A DNA stretch of 24,442 nucleotides from a virus (lineage: Duplodnaviria; Caudoviricetes), in IMG/VR virus record IMGVR_UViG_3300024051_000014, positions 1-24,442 of that record; one strand, 5' to 3'. This document shows, in pieces, positions 8,313 to 16,617 of the stretch (its first letter is position 1; every line of letters starts with the position of its first letter). A program made the position numbers and the translations under genes. The notes beneath the pieces were generated by a model. The model saw only the letters and a list, made by a program, of their open reading frames with translations, was not told the origin of the DNA and searched no databases.

Positions 8313-8322
8313 ATGCCTGAGA

Positions 8323-9981
8323 TCAGGGCCGCTCAGGCAGGGGCTGGATGTCATACGTCCAGTGGTCGCGGCTAAAATCCACAGTGATGCGGCGGTCGTC
8401 AAGCGTCTTTGTGTAACGCCGCACCAGCTGCTGGCGAGAATAGTTGCGCCACGCCTTGTTATCGCCGGTCAAATCGACTATCTTGGGCGGGAACCCGGCC
8501 TCGTTTCGGACGTTAGGCAGAGCGGCAGAGGCTACACTCTGAACATTCTGCAGGACGGGCTTTTTATAAAAGGTGTTGGACTCAAGGCCTTTTTCGCGGC
8601 GCTTGATATTGGTCACATAGACATATACCCCACTGGCCCGCCGAGCCACGAACACAACATCCAATTTTCCGAATATCACAGCATCCGGGGCCGCCACGAT
8701 ACCAGGCAGTTCGAGAAAATCCGTTCTGGACATGGCTATCTGCCCGCGCTGGGTTTCAGCAACTGAATCATAATGGTTGTTGCGCACATGACGCACCGCA
8801 TCGGCTGTCAGCTCATGCTCAAACCCGCTAAGATCAAGTCCATGTTTTCGGGCCAGTGTGACAAACGGCGCTGATACAGGGCCGGTAATAAATCGCTCCT
8901 TTTTCTCTCCGGACAATGCCGCATCCACGACCCTGTCAATAGCGACGGTTACCTCAGCCTCTGAACGCATATCCCGCGCCCAGACCCATTCGGCATGATC
9001 CGGTTTTTTGAGCGCCTGCGCCACCTCAGGCAGATCGTCGATCAGGTCAGGACGTGGCACAACCGCATAGCCCCTGGGGTCACGGAACAGGCCATCTGTC
9101 ACCGCCAGCGGCCAGCCGTCACGATCCTGTACGATCCGGCCCTGACCATCCGCGTCAAAGACGTTCAGGAACGCCGTCGATGCCGTCTTGGCTTCGGCGG
9201 CCGGAACCGAGGGCCGACCAGGACGCACCAGCGCGGGGGCCGGTGACAGGGGACGCAAAGGGGCCTTGCCGACATTATAATTAAAGCCGGGGTCTATGCC
9301 GCGCTCGATCTGCGTCACCTCGCCCGTGCGCGGATGGACATAGGTCACCGGCTCAAATTGCACCGGTTTGCTGATCTTCAGGCCGCGCGTCTCCATCATG
9401 CGACGCGTCAGGGATTGAGTGGCGCAACGGCAATTCCAGCCGCACGGCGGATAATGGGTATCCCACCACGGATCATCGACGGGCAAACAGGTGCCGTGCC
9501 ATTCCCGATGCTGAAGGCGCGTCCGGCCATCGCCCGACCGACCGCCGACCGCGATATACATCAGATACGGGAACGCCCGCTTTGAGCGTTCAATGCGCTG
9601 CCAGTTGCCATGCGCGCGGGCGGTGCGCACATTCATGTCAAAAATCGTGCGCAGGCGGCGGTCAGACCCCAGTTGCACCATCTTGGTCTCACCGGTCAGC
9701 GGGTCGGTCATTTCCTGACGCCCCCACCAGCCCGCCGCCTGAAGGTGCGGTTTCAGGCCCGCCTTGAATTGCTCAAAGGTCTGACCGTCCGCCAGTGCCT
9801 GATCAACGGCCTGACGTGTGATTTCCAGCAGCTCAAGATTGGCCATCTTGGCGACGGCGAAGGCCCTGGCATGTTCCTCTTGCCAGACGTCCTGCCACGC
9901 AAAAGACGGGGTCAGCCCCTTCGACCGGAAATAGGCGATGGCATCCCTGGGCGGCAATGGTGTCAATGACGGTTCAGCCAT
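8323..9981 (-). CDS. MuF (gpF) minor head protein with C-terminal PBECR-like putative nuclease domains
   Basis: The N-terminal ~240 aa carry HARAFAVAK, RLRTIFDMN, R..HREWHG, WWDTHYPPCGWNCRC, IDPGFNYNVG (MuF). The ~310-aa extension resembles PBECR2 and PBECR3 domains (recognised by eye). Confidence 0.9.
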   Translation of the reverse strand: MAEPSLTPLPPRDAIAYFRSKGLTPSFAWQDVWQEEHARAFAVAKMANLELLEITRQAVDQALADGQTFEQFKAGLKPHLQAAGWWGRQEMTDPLTGETKMVQLGSDRRLRTIFDMNVRTARAHGNWQRIERSKRAFPYLMYIAVGGRSGDGRTRLQHREWHGTCLPVDDPWWDTHYPPCGWNCRCATQSLTRRMMETRGLKISKPVQFEPVTYVHPRTGEVTQIERGIDPGFNYNVGKAPLRPLSPAPALVRPGRPSVPAAEAKTASTAFLNVFDADGQGRIVQDRDGWPLAVTDGLFRDPRGYAVVPRPDLIDDLPEVAQALKKPDHAEWVWARDMRSEAEVTVAIDRVVDAALSGEKKERFITGPVSAPFVTLARKHGLDLSGFEHELTADAVRHVRNNHYDSVAETQRGQIAMSRTDFLELPGIVAAPDAVIFGKLDVVFVARRASGVYVYVTNIKRREKGLESNTFYKKPVLQNVQSVASAALPNVRNEAGFPPKIVDLTGDNKAWRNYSRQQLVRRYTKTLDDRRITVDFSRDHWTYDIQPLPERP

Positions 9982-11679
9982 TTACCCCTGCCCGTCCGTT
10001 TCCCCCTCAAGCCGCGCCGCAAACAGGGTGCGCGCCAGCAGGCCGGTCAGTTTGGCCGGATCAGTATCGGCCAGAGCCGACAAACCGGCGATAATCTCAT
10101 CATAGCTATTGGCTGCCGCCACCATCTCCTCGATGTCGCCGATCAGCGGGGCCATGACCTCAGTCCACTCATTGGCCGCCGCATCCACCAGATCATCGAG
10201 CCGGTCTTTATCCTCGCCATGAGCGGTCGATTGGGCGGCCCCGACCGACAGCGCCGACGCCGCGACCGCTCCCTCAGGTTTTAAGACGCCTTTAAGACGG
10301 TTTAAGAAGGGTCTGTGTGCGTTTAAGGCGGCGGCGGGGATGTCTGAGCCGCCCGCCCCGTCATCCTCAGTCTGTGGCGCGGGATTCCGGGAGGCAGCAG
10401 ATCGGGGTCTAAGGAGGCGCACGGGCTTGCCGGTGTCCTTCCGGTCGGCCGGATCAGGCAGACCCAGTTTGTCACGCACGACTGACTCTTCGACCTCGCC
10501 ACCCAGATCGACAAAGCGCTCGATCTTCTCCATGTCTTCGACGCTGAAGAACTCGTCCTCACCGATATTGACCTCAGGATATTCGCCTGAAGGCGGCGGG
10601 CCGTGGTTGAAATCGACCATCCACTGCGCCATTTCGGTGAGGGTTTCAGCCAAGCCTTCGGCGTCAGCGCGTTTGATGTCCTGACGCACCTCATTGTGGA
10701 CGGCCCCGCTGGAGCCGAACCCGCCCGTCGTCGCATCCGTGGTGCCGGTCTGGCCCAGCACCGCTTTTGAAACCTGCTGATCGAGCATAGTGATCAGGTT
10801 GTGGAACACCTCGGCATTGCCGCTGACCAGACCGTTGACGAATTCGACTTCCATCGACTTCGGGATGATGCCCGCCGTGTCTGTGCCGATCCCCACGACT
10901 GCGCGCATCAGGGTGCGCCGGTCGTCTTCAGTGGCCGAGCTGTCATATTTACCAAGGCGCATGGGGATGCCGTAGATTTCGGCGAATATAACCCAGTCCT
11001 TGATGGCGAAGTTCTGGAACAACCACGCCCAGGCTACGCCCCGCGCCAGACCGCCACGGATCGGCAGGCCGGTTTTGGCCGTGTGACGGTGGATCAAAAA
11101 TTTATAGGGCGGCAAGTCGGTAGCCAGCCCCGCCGTGCCATCCGGCCCGCCCCTCAGGCGCAGGGTCTCAAGATCGTTCTGATCCAGCTCAAACCATTTC
11201 TGATTGCGGTTAACCAGACGCACCGGCAGCCATTGCTGGCCGGTCGCCCAGACCACCTCCTGAATGCTATAACCCTTACCAAGCGCATCCAGCATATCTT
11301 TGCGCGCGCGGCGGATGGCCGGACGGCGCAGCACCTTGCGCACGAGATCCGCGTCACCTTGCCCGCGCGCATCATCTGTGGCCGCCGCGACCGTGATCGG
11401 CAATTGCGCCACCGCCAGCTTGCGGGCGGATAAGACTCCCTGATAGTGCAGGTACTTCTCTTCGATCTCCTCAGCCAGATCGAAATAGGCGTCGGTATTA
11501 CCGGCCTCGGCATCGCGCATGATGCGCGCCAGCCGCATAGGATCGAGGCCCTGCGCCGGATGGCCGGACAGGACAGAGCGCACCCCACCCAATGTCGGGG
11601 CGGCAATCTCACGCGTCAGCAGCTCACGCTCAAACGGACGGCCATGCACGTCAAGGATGCTGGATTTTACCTTCACCAT
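9982..11679 (-). CDS. Portal protein (Mu gpH/gp29, DUF935)
   Basis: LARIMRDAEAG..AYFDLAEEIEEK, FAEIYGIPMRLGKY, SKAVLGQT.TT, VHNEVRQDI motifs. Confidence 0.96.
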   Translation of the reverse strand: MVKVKSSILDVHGRPFERELLTREIAAPTLGGVRSVLSGHPAQGLDPMRLARIMRDAEAGNTDAYFDLAEEIEEKYLHYQGVLSARKLAVAQLPITVAAATDDARGQGDADLVRKVLRRPAIRRARKDMLDALGKGYSIQEVVWATGQQWLPVRLVNRNQKWFELDQNDLETLRLRGGPDGTAGLATDLPPYKFLIHRHTAKTGLPIRGGLARGVAWAWLFQNFAIKDWVIFAEIYGIPMRLGKYDSSATEDDRRTLMRAVVGIGTDTAGIIPKSMEVEFVNGLVSGNAEVFHNLITMLDQQVSKAVLGQTGTTDATTGGFGSSGAVHNEVRQDIKRADAEGLAETLTEMAQWMVDFNHGPPPSGEYPEVNIGEDEFFSVEDMEKIERFVDLGGEVEESVVRDKLGLPDPADRKDTGKPVRLLRPRSAASRNPAPQTEDDGAGGSDIPAAALNAHRPFLNRLKGVLKPEGAVAASALSVGAAQSTAHGEDKDRLDDLVDAAANEWTEVMAPLIGDIEEMVAAANSYDEIIAGLSALADTDPAKLTGLLARTLFAARLEGETDGQG

Positions 11680-13136
11680 GCGCCACCGCCCTTACTCATG
11701 CCGTGACGGGTCAGTCCACCGACGCGGCGGCCCATGCCCAAACGGCTATCGTCATCGTCGTTGTCAGGTTGTGCGGATCGGGCGGAGTCGTAGGCATAGA
11801 CAGACACACCATCATTTGCCGCCTCATTGGCCAGTGCGCCCGCCCAGAACATATCCGGGTGAATTTCACCTTCAGCCAGCGCCTTGGTGGTGCGGCTGGC
11901 CCGCTTCAGACTGCGATGATCAGCCCGCACCTTAGGATCAGATGGCAGCCGGATGGTGCAGTTTTCAAACCTTAGACGATAGCCGGTCGCCAGATCGAGC
12001 TTACGCGGCGCGGTGAACAGCACCCCATCGATCATGGATTCACCCCAACGTGCTTGCGCGTCCTCAACGACCTTTTCCCCCATGCCGGTCTGGTCGATCT
12101 TGACGCGCATGGTGCGGTATTTGCGGATCAACCGATCCATTTCCTTGTCCTGTTCGGCAAACGTCGCGCCGACCAGTTCCACCCGTTCCCGCAGCCACAG
12201 GAAGCCGTCCACATCTTCAAACACCCAGATGACGGCCGTATCATTCCGACGCGCCACGTCACGGCCGATATAGACCGGCCCGCCCATATAAAGCTCAGGC
12301 TTACCCGCGTCCTCATGCTCACAGGCCGCGTAATCAGCGGCATTAATCCATGAGCCGCCGCCCGTTTTCGGAATACAGTTCAGCTCTTCGTCGGCATTGT
12401 CGCCGTAGGTGTCGAAGATGTCCCTGATCCACGCTTCCTTCGGCAGGATGTCCTTTGTCGCCATGAGCGCCACGCGCTCATAGAGGCCGTCCTGAATGGC
12501 CTCATCAAAGGTAATGCGCAGGGTGCCCCCCTTGCGTTTCCCCGCCTTAATGTCGTCGATCAGCAGGTTGAAAGGATTATCCACGCCGTCATGCGTTGAT
12601 ATGACAACCACCCGACCGCCCCAGATCATCAGTGCCAGGGCAGCTTTCAGCACCTCTTCAAGGTCGGTAATAAAGGCGGCTTCGTCGATAATCACCAGCC
12701 CCTGCTTACCGCGCAACGCACGGGCAACCGACGGCAGGGCGACGATCTCATAACCAGACGCAAAGGTGACACGGAACGCCTTAATGTCCCCTTTGGGGTC
12801 TCTTAGGGTTATCTCACCCATTTCTGACACAGCATGGCCGAACGCCTTGGCCCACATGCCGCAGACGTCGATAAACTCACGGGCCATCTCCATGTCATAG
12901 CCCATGTACCAGACCTTCATGCCACCGGCCTCACGGCTGGAGGCGGCGGTCATGACCGCCAGCGCGGCAATCCCCCACGTCAGGCCGATCCTGCGTGACT
13001 TCTCAATGACCAGCAGCGCATGGACAGACGTGGCGGCAATAGCCTTGCGCTGATAGGGCAGCAGGACATCATTGTCATTGACCGCCTCAAGTCTGTGGAG
13101 GGCATCTTCGTAAGGATCAACGGGCTTCAGCTTCAT
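11673..13136 (-). CDS. Terminase large subunit (Mu gp28-like)
   Basis: LLPYQ, EKSRRIGLTW (Walker A-like), VIIDEAAF (Walker B), GRDVARRND, IDQTGMG, HPDMFWA nuclease motifs. Confidence 0.96.
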   Translation of the reverse strand: MKLKPVDPYEDALHRLEAVNDNDVLLPYQRKAIAATSVHALLVIEKSRRIGLTWGIAALAVMTAASSREAGGMKVWYMGYDMEMAREFIDVCGMWAKAFGHAVSEMGEITLRDPKGDIKAFRVTFASGYEIVALPSVARALRGKQGLVIIDEAAFITDLEEVLKAALALMIWGGRVVVISTHDGVDNPFNLLIDDIKAGKRKGGTLRITFDEAIQDGLYERVALMATKDILPKEAWIRDIFDTYGDNADEELNCIPKTGGGSWINAADYAACEHEDAGKPELYMGGPVYIGRDVARRNDTAVIWVFEDVDGFLWLRERVELVGATFAEQDKEMDRLIRKYRTMRVKIDQTGMGEKVVEDAQARWGESMIDGVLFTAPRKLDLATGYRLRFENCTIRLPSDPKVRADHRSLKRASRTTKALAEGEIHPDMFWAGALANEAANDGVSVYAYDSARSAQPDNDDDDSRLGMGRRVGGLTRHGMSKGGGAW

Positions 13137-13714
13137 GCCTTATCCCCTCCGATCATCGCATCCCAGACACGCTTTTTGGTGTCCGGTGTCCAGCCTTCGG
13201 CATCTGCCACAGCGTCCACACGCGCAGCGGCCTCTTTGGCAAATTCAGCCTTCGCCTTCAGGTAACGTTCCTGATCCGTCTTTTGTGCCGCCGCCAGCAT
13301 CTGCAACGACTTGGCCAGCTTCTCGACGTCCTTTGCAGCGTAGAGTACCGAGCGGGTTTCCCCCTCGTCGGTTTCCTCGACGGCCGTCATCAGCTCCATG
13401 ATCATGGTCTGGAGCATCTGGATATTGGCCCGGCTAACCTCATCCGGGTTATCGCCCAGAACCTGACCAAAGGCTTCGCCCATCGCCCGGCTGCGCTTAA
13501 TCCGATCCTGCGCCGCCCTGAGGCGTTCAGCATATCGGCCCAGACCCGACCGCGACGGCATATCGAACGCGATGCCGCTATCGGCCTCAAGTTGCTTGAG
13601 CTGTGCCACGATCTCGTCCAGCGTGACATTAGCCGCGATCAGCCGCGCCACCTGCTGACGGATAGGGTCTGGCAATTTATCAACCTTGGAAACGGAATGG
13701 CGGCGCGGCGTCAT
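13133..13714 (-). CDS. Terminase small subunit (Mu gp27-like, DUF3486)
   Basis: SKVDKLPDPIR...SRSGLGRY motif; ATGA-coupled to the large terminase. Confidence 0.88.
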   Translation of the reverse strand: MTPRRHSVSKVDKLPDPIRQQVARLIAANVTLDEIVAQLKQLEADSGIAFDMPSRSGLGRYAERLRAAQDRIKRSRAMGEAFGQVLGDNPDEVSRANIQMLQTMIMELMTAVEETDEGETRSVLYAAKDVEKLAKSLQMLAAAQKTDQERYLKAKAEFAKEAAARVDAVADAEGWTPDTKKRVWDAMIGGDKA

Positions 13715-13717
13715 GGC

Positions 13718-14017
13718 TCAGTCCACCGCCGAGGGACGCGCAACACCGGTGACCGTGGACTGACCTTCAGCCGCAGCAATGCCGCGTTTATTGACGATGA
13801 CGACACGGACATTTCCAACCGTTTCGACATTCACCAGACCGATATCGCGCAGATAATCGACCTGTGCTTCGACACGGCCGCGCGACACATCGAACCCAAG
13901 AGGCCCAATGGCGATATGGATCGTGGCCACATTCGCGCGATAACTCAGGTCAGGATCGGCCAGCAGACGTAAGATACACAGGCGCAGGCTTTTATTGACT
14001 TCTTCAACGATACTCAT
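13718..14017 (-). CDS. Mu gp26-like winged-helix protein
   Basis: Start 14017 (ATGA overlap); RLCILRLL...SR..V...VDYL.DIGLV...G...AEG...V.GVARP pattern. Confidence 0.8.
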   Translation of the reverse strand: MSIVEEVNKSLRLCILRLLADPDLSYRANVATIHIAIGPLGFDVSRGRVEAQVDYLRDIGLVNVETVGNVRVVIVNKRGIAAAEGQSTVTGVARPSAVD

Positions 14018-14352
14018 GACGGGTCTCTCATTGTCCACTGGCGAATGGTTTGCAGGTCAGACCGCAAGGCGCTCATGATGTCTTTCACACCGTCGATCTT
14101 GGCCCCCAACTGATCGTCACCGCCCTTGATCTCGGCCCTGAGGGTGTTGATGTCGCCCTTCGTAGCGACCTCCTCAATCTCGGCCTCAAGCTTGGTCAGG
14201 CGGTCACCATGTCGGCTGACCGTGGCGGTTAACTCCTTGGCCGCCTCCGATTCCTTCCAGCGCCCGGCGCGGCTGAAGGCGGCAAAGTTGAGCAACAGCG
14301 ATAAGCCGGAAAACAGCAGGGCCGATATGGCAATAAACTGAGCCGTCATCAC
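14014..14352 (-). CDS. Mu gp25-like membrane-anchored coiled-coil protein (DUF2730-like)
   Basis: N-terminal TM segment, then RLTKLEAEIEEVATKGDI coiled coil; conserved position before gp26. Confidence 0.75.
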   Translation of the reverse strand: MMTAQFIAISALLFSGLSLLLNFAAFSRAGRWKESEAAKELTATVSRHGDRLTKLEAEIEEVATKGDINTLRAEIKGGDDQLGAKIDGVKDIMSALRSDLQTIRQWTMRDPS

Positions 14353-14591
14353 GCCCCCTTTCCCAAATATGCGCGGCGCTCAAGCACCGCCTGACAGGGC
14401 GCGCAGCGGCGGGCCGATGGCACCGCACGGCGACGAGCCTCGGTAATCAGGTCACCGCAGCCCTCACAGTCGTCACAGCCCTCGGCCTGCGCGGCGGTGC
14501 GGATACGCGCAACAGCCGTGCTGACCTCAATGGCGTTAATCTTGAGGTCGCGGGCCTGTGCCCGATCAATGTCATCAACATAGTCAGCCAC
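14349..14591 (-). CDS. TraR/DksA C4-type zinc-finger protein
   Basis: Probable GTG start 14591 (GGAGG upstream); DDIDRA (DxxDxA) and CEGCGDLITEARRRAVPSARRCAPCQ. Confidence 0.9.
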   Translation of the reverse strand: MADYVDDIDRAQARDLKINAIEVSTAVARIRTAAQAEGCDDCEGCGDLITEARRRAVPSARRCAPCQAVLERRAYLGKGA

Positions 14592-14922
14592 CCGCCACCT
14601 CCCCAACCTGCCCAAGACAGGCCGCGCGCGCATCAACGGTACGGTCATACAGACCACCGGCCCAGACGATCAGGGCGGTGACCCAGTCATGGCCTGTGGC
14701 ATTGGCACGGATCTCGGCGGTGTCAGGCACCACCGGTACCGGTGCGATATCGGCCCACACCTCAGGGGGGCAGGCCGTGACGGTCACCACGCGCTCGATG
14801 ACGACAGGCTCAGGCCCAGAGTCAGGGACGGGCGATGGCTTGGGCGCGCTGGCGCAGGCAGTCAGCATCACACACAATGAGGCCGTCATCAGCGACCGGC
14901 GCGACCTTGAGAGCGGCGTCAT
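14584..14922 (-). CDS. Outer-membrane spanin lipoprotein (Rz1-like)
   Basis: Lipobox LTAC, Pro-rich mature part, overlaps the 3' end of the Rz-like gene. Confidence 0.8.
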   Translation of the reverse strand: MTPLSRSRRSLMTASLCVMLTACASAPKPSPVPDSGPEPVVIERVVTVTACPPEVWADIAPVPVVPDTAEIRANATGHDWVTALIVWAGGLYDRTVDARAACLGQVGEVAGG

Positions 14923-15313
14923 TCTGGTACTTTCTTAAAACGGTGGATTGGCCCCGCGCCTCGGCGCGGGAAATGGCAGCATCCTGATCGGCCCTGAGGG
15001 TGTCGATCTGGGTTTTGAGGGCCTCGGCGCTGACATAGAGCGCCTGCACCGAGGGCGTGCAGCTGGGCGAAAGGTCACCGGCTAACAGGGCGGTTTCGCA
15101 GGTCTCGGCAGCTTTGGCCCGGTCATAGATAGACAGAATAGCAATGTGGCAATGGGTTGTGATTTGCTGCCCCTTATCCACCTTCACGCCATCAATACAA
15201 AGCCACTCCCCCCTTAAAGCAACTTCCGACTCCTTCCGGGCCGCGCGCTCAGAAAGGTAGAGGCTTGATGACAAAGCCAGCGCACCCGCCAAAGCGATAA
15301 CGATCTTAATCAT
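14822..15313 (-). CDS. Inner-membrane spanin (Rz-like)
   Basis: Start ATG 15313 (GAGGAG upstream): MIKIVIALAGALALSSSLYL TM then helical periplasmic part; follows the holin. Confidence 0.72.
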   Translation of the reverse strand: MIKIVIALAGALALSSSLYLSERAARKESEVALRGEWLCIDGVKVDKGQQITTHCHIAILSIYDRAKAAETCETALLAGDLSPSCTPSVQALYVSAEALKTQIDTLRADQDAAISRAEARGQSTVLRKYQNDAALKVAPVADDGLIVCDADCLRQRAQAIARP

Positions 15314-15650
15314 TGCCGCGCTCCTCAAGGGTAAGGTCGGCATCGTTTGTGGGGCTAATAAACGATGCCGACCCATCCTCACCGGTCGACGCCCTGACAC
15401 AGGCCTCGTGACCGGCAATCTCATTGAAAAAGGCCTCCGGCGCGATGGCCTGACGGACAAACCCCAGACCCAGAACCGCGACAGCGATCACGCTGTTGAT
15501 GGTCAGGGTTAGCCAAAGCGGCAAACCGCCCTTGATGCTGGCATCAACCCCCAGCCAGATCGGCTGAAGGGCAGCAATTGCAGCAAGGCCACGGATAGTG
15601 TGGCGCTTCAGATGCGCAGGGATGTCGGAGACGAGCTTGAGCTTAAACAC
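15306..15650 (-). CDS. Putative holin
   Basis: GTG start 15650 overlapping the endolysin end; two hydrophobic segments (GLAAIAALQPIWLGV; LWLTLTINSVIAVAVLGLGFV) and a charged tail; between endolysin and spanins. Confidence 0.65.
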   Translation of the reverse strand: MFKLKLVSDIPAHLKRHTIRGLAAIAALQPIWLGVDASIKGGLPLWLTLTINSVIAVAVLGLGFVRQAIAPEAFFNEIAGHEACVRASTGEDGSASFISPTNDADLTLEERGND

Positions 15651-16155
15651 GTTGCGCCCCCCACAATTCAAAGTGCGGGCCGTCCGTTTCGCCCTTTTCG
15701 CCGGGCTTACCGTTGCGGTTCCAGTCCTTGCCCCAGCGTATGGGGATATTCAGGGCCTCAGCCGCCCTGAGCATAGCGTGGGCGATCTTGTGATCATCTT
15801 CCCAGATCACGCGACCACCCCGTATGTGCGCCAGATCGACGGCGTGGCCATAGCCAGTGGATTTTTGAACAAAATGGTTTGAGGTCAGCGTCCATGTGAC
15901 GCGCGGCAGTTTCGGCTGCGCCAGCTTGACGCTCAGGCCCTGCGCCTTCATTTCCCCGGCAGTGCGGCCCTGACCGTACAATTCCAATTGACGGGCATAG
16001 GTGCGCACGCCCTCAATAACGGTAAAATCGACATCACAAATATGTAGCGCCGCCGTCACGACCTCGATCAGATGCGGATGCACCCCCCTGAGGTTAGACG
16101 TGCTGCGCGCGCCAAAAATGCGATTGGGATAGAGTTGCGTGAGGGCCTGTGTCAT
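15643..16155 (-). CDS. Endolysin, M15 family (L-Ala-D-Glu peptidase-like)
   Basis: LRGVHPHL, DFTVIEGVRT..RQ.ELY.QGRT, SNH...GHAVD, IRWG.DW, DGPHFEL zinc-peptidase motifs. Confidence 0.93.
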   Translation of the reverse strand: MTQALTQLYPNRIFGARSTSNLRGVHPHLIEVVTAALHICDVDFTVIEGVRTYARQLELYGQGRTAGEMKAQGLSVKLAQPKLPRVTWTLTSNHFVQKSTGYGHAVDLAHIRGGRVIWEDDHKIAHAMLRAAEALNIPIRWGKDWNRNGKPGEKGETDGPHFELWGAQRV

Positions 16156-16161
16156 GCCCCC

Positions 16162-16208
16162 ACAATGCGCGGGGCCGGTCGATTAAATCAGGGTGAAATA
16201 TTTCACCC
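16162..16208 (-). promoter_or_regulatory. Late promoter (P-lys-like): activator dyad plus -10
   Basis: Same palindrome GGGTGAAATATTTCACCC (16191-16208), 23 nt spacer, CATTGT (16167-16162), upstream of the endolysin. Confidence 0.75.
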
Positions 16209-16218
16209 CTGACGCGCC

Positions 16219-16617
16219 TCAGAACAGATTAAGCTGCCGCTCGGCAGCGGCGCGGGCCTCGGCCTGCTGGCGGATATAATGCACATTTCGTACGCTGCAC
16301 CAATATTTTTTCGCAACCGCCGTCGGCCCCATACCGGCCCTGAGGTCAGCCAGTATCGCCGCATGTTTTCGTTGCGTGAGGGGCAAGGCAATGGTTTCGC
16401 CTGCAAAACGGCCCGCCAAAAGGGCCACGGCCTCGCGGCCCAGAACAACCGTGAGCGGGTGATTATCAGCCGGAGATACAGGCACAAATATACGCGACCC
16501 GCCGAAGCGCTCGGCTAGGGCGGCAAACGCCTCTGCGCCAATGACGGCCCTGACCTCGGATATGAGGTTGTCGTCTATCGGCGCAATGGTCGCTGTAATG
16601 TGGGCCTGCCTGATCAT
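16219..16617 (-). CDS. Mor/C family late transcription activator
   Basis: Start 16617 (TGATG overlap); IG.EAF.ALAERFGGSRIFVP, LAGRFAGETIALP, C-terminal HTH VAKKYWCSVRNVHYI; last gene before lysis, like Mu C. Confidence 0.88.
   Translation of the reverse strand: MIRQAHITATIAPIDDNLISEVRAVIGAEAFAALAERFGGSRIFVPVSPADNHPLTVVLGREAVALLAGRFAGETIALPLTQRKHAAILADLRAGMGPTAVAKKYWCSVRNVHYIRQQAEARAAAERQLNLF

Noticed and set aside
8209-8766. Plus-strand 185-aa ORF antisense to the MuF insert as a possible immunity gene
   Set aside because: Crosses the late promoter and the MuF end, has no convincing SD, and its composition does not look protein-like.
11857-11870. GGGTGAATTTCACC, similar to the late-activator dyad
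   Set aside because: Half-site spacing is shorter than in the two intergenic copies and it lies in terminase coding sequence (EGEIHP); probably chance.
16183-16197. TTAA-N7-TGAA overlapping the lysis promoter as a CtrA site
   Set aside because: One half-site is mismatched and is supplied by the activator dyad; absent from the twin promoter; too weak to call.
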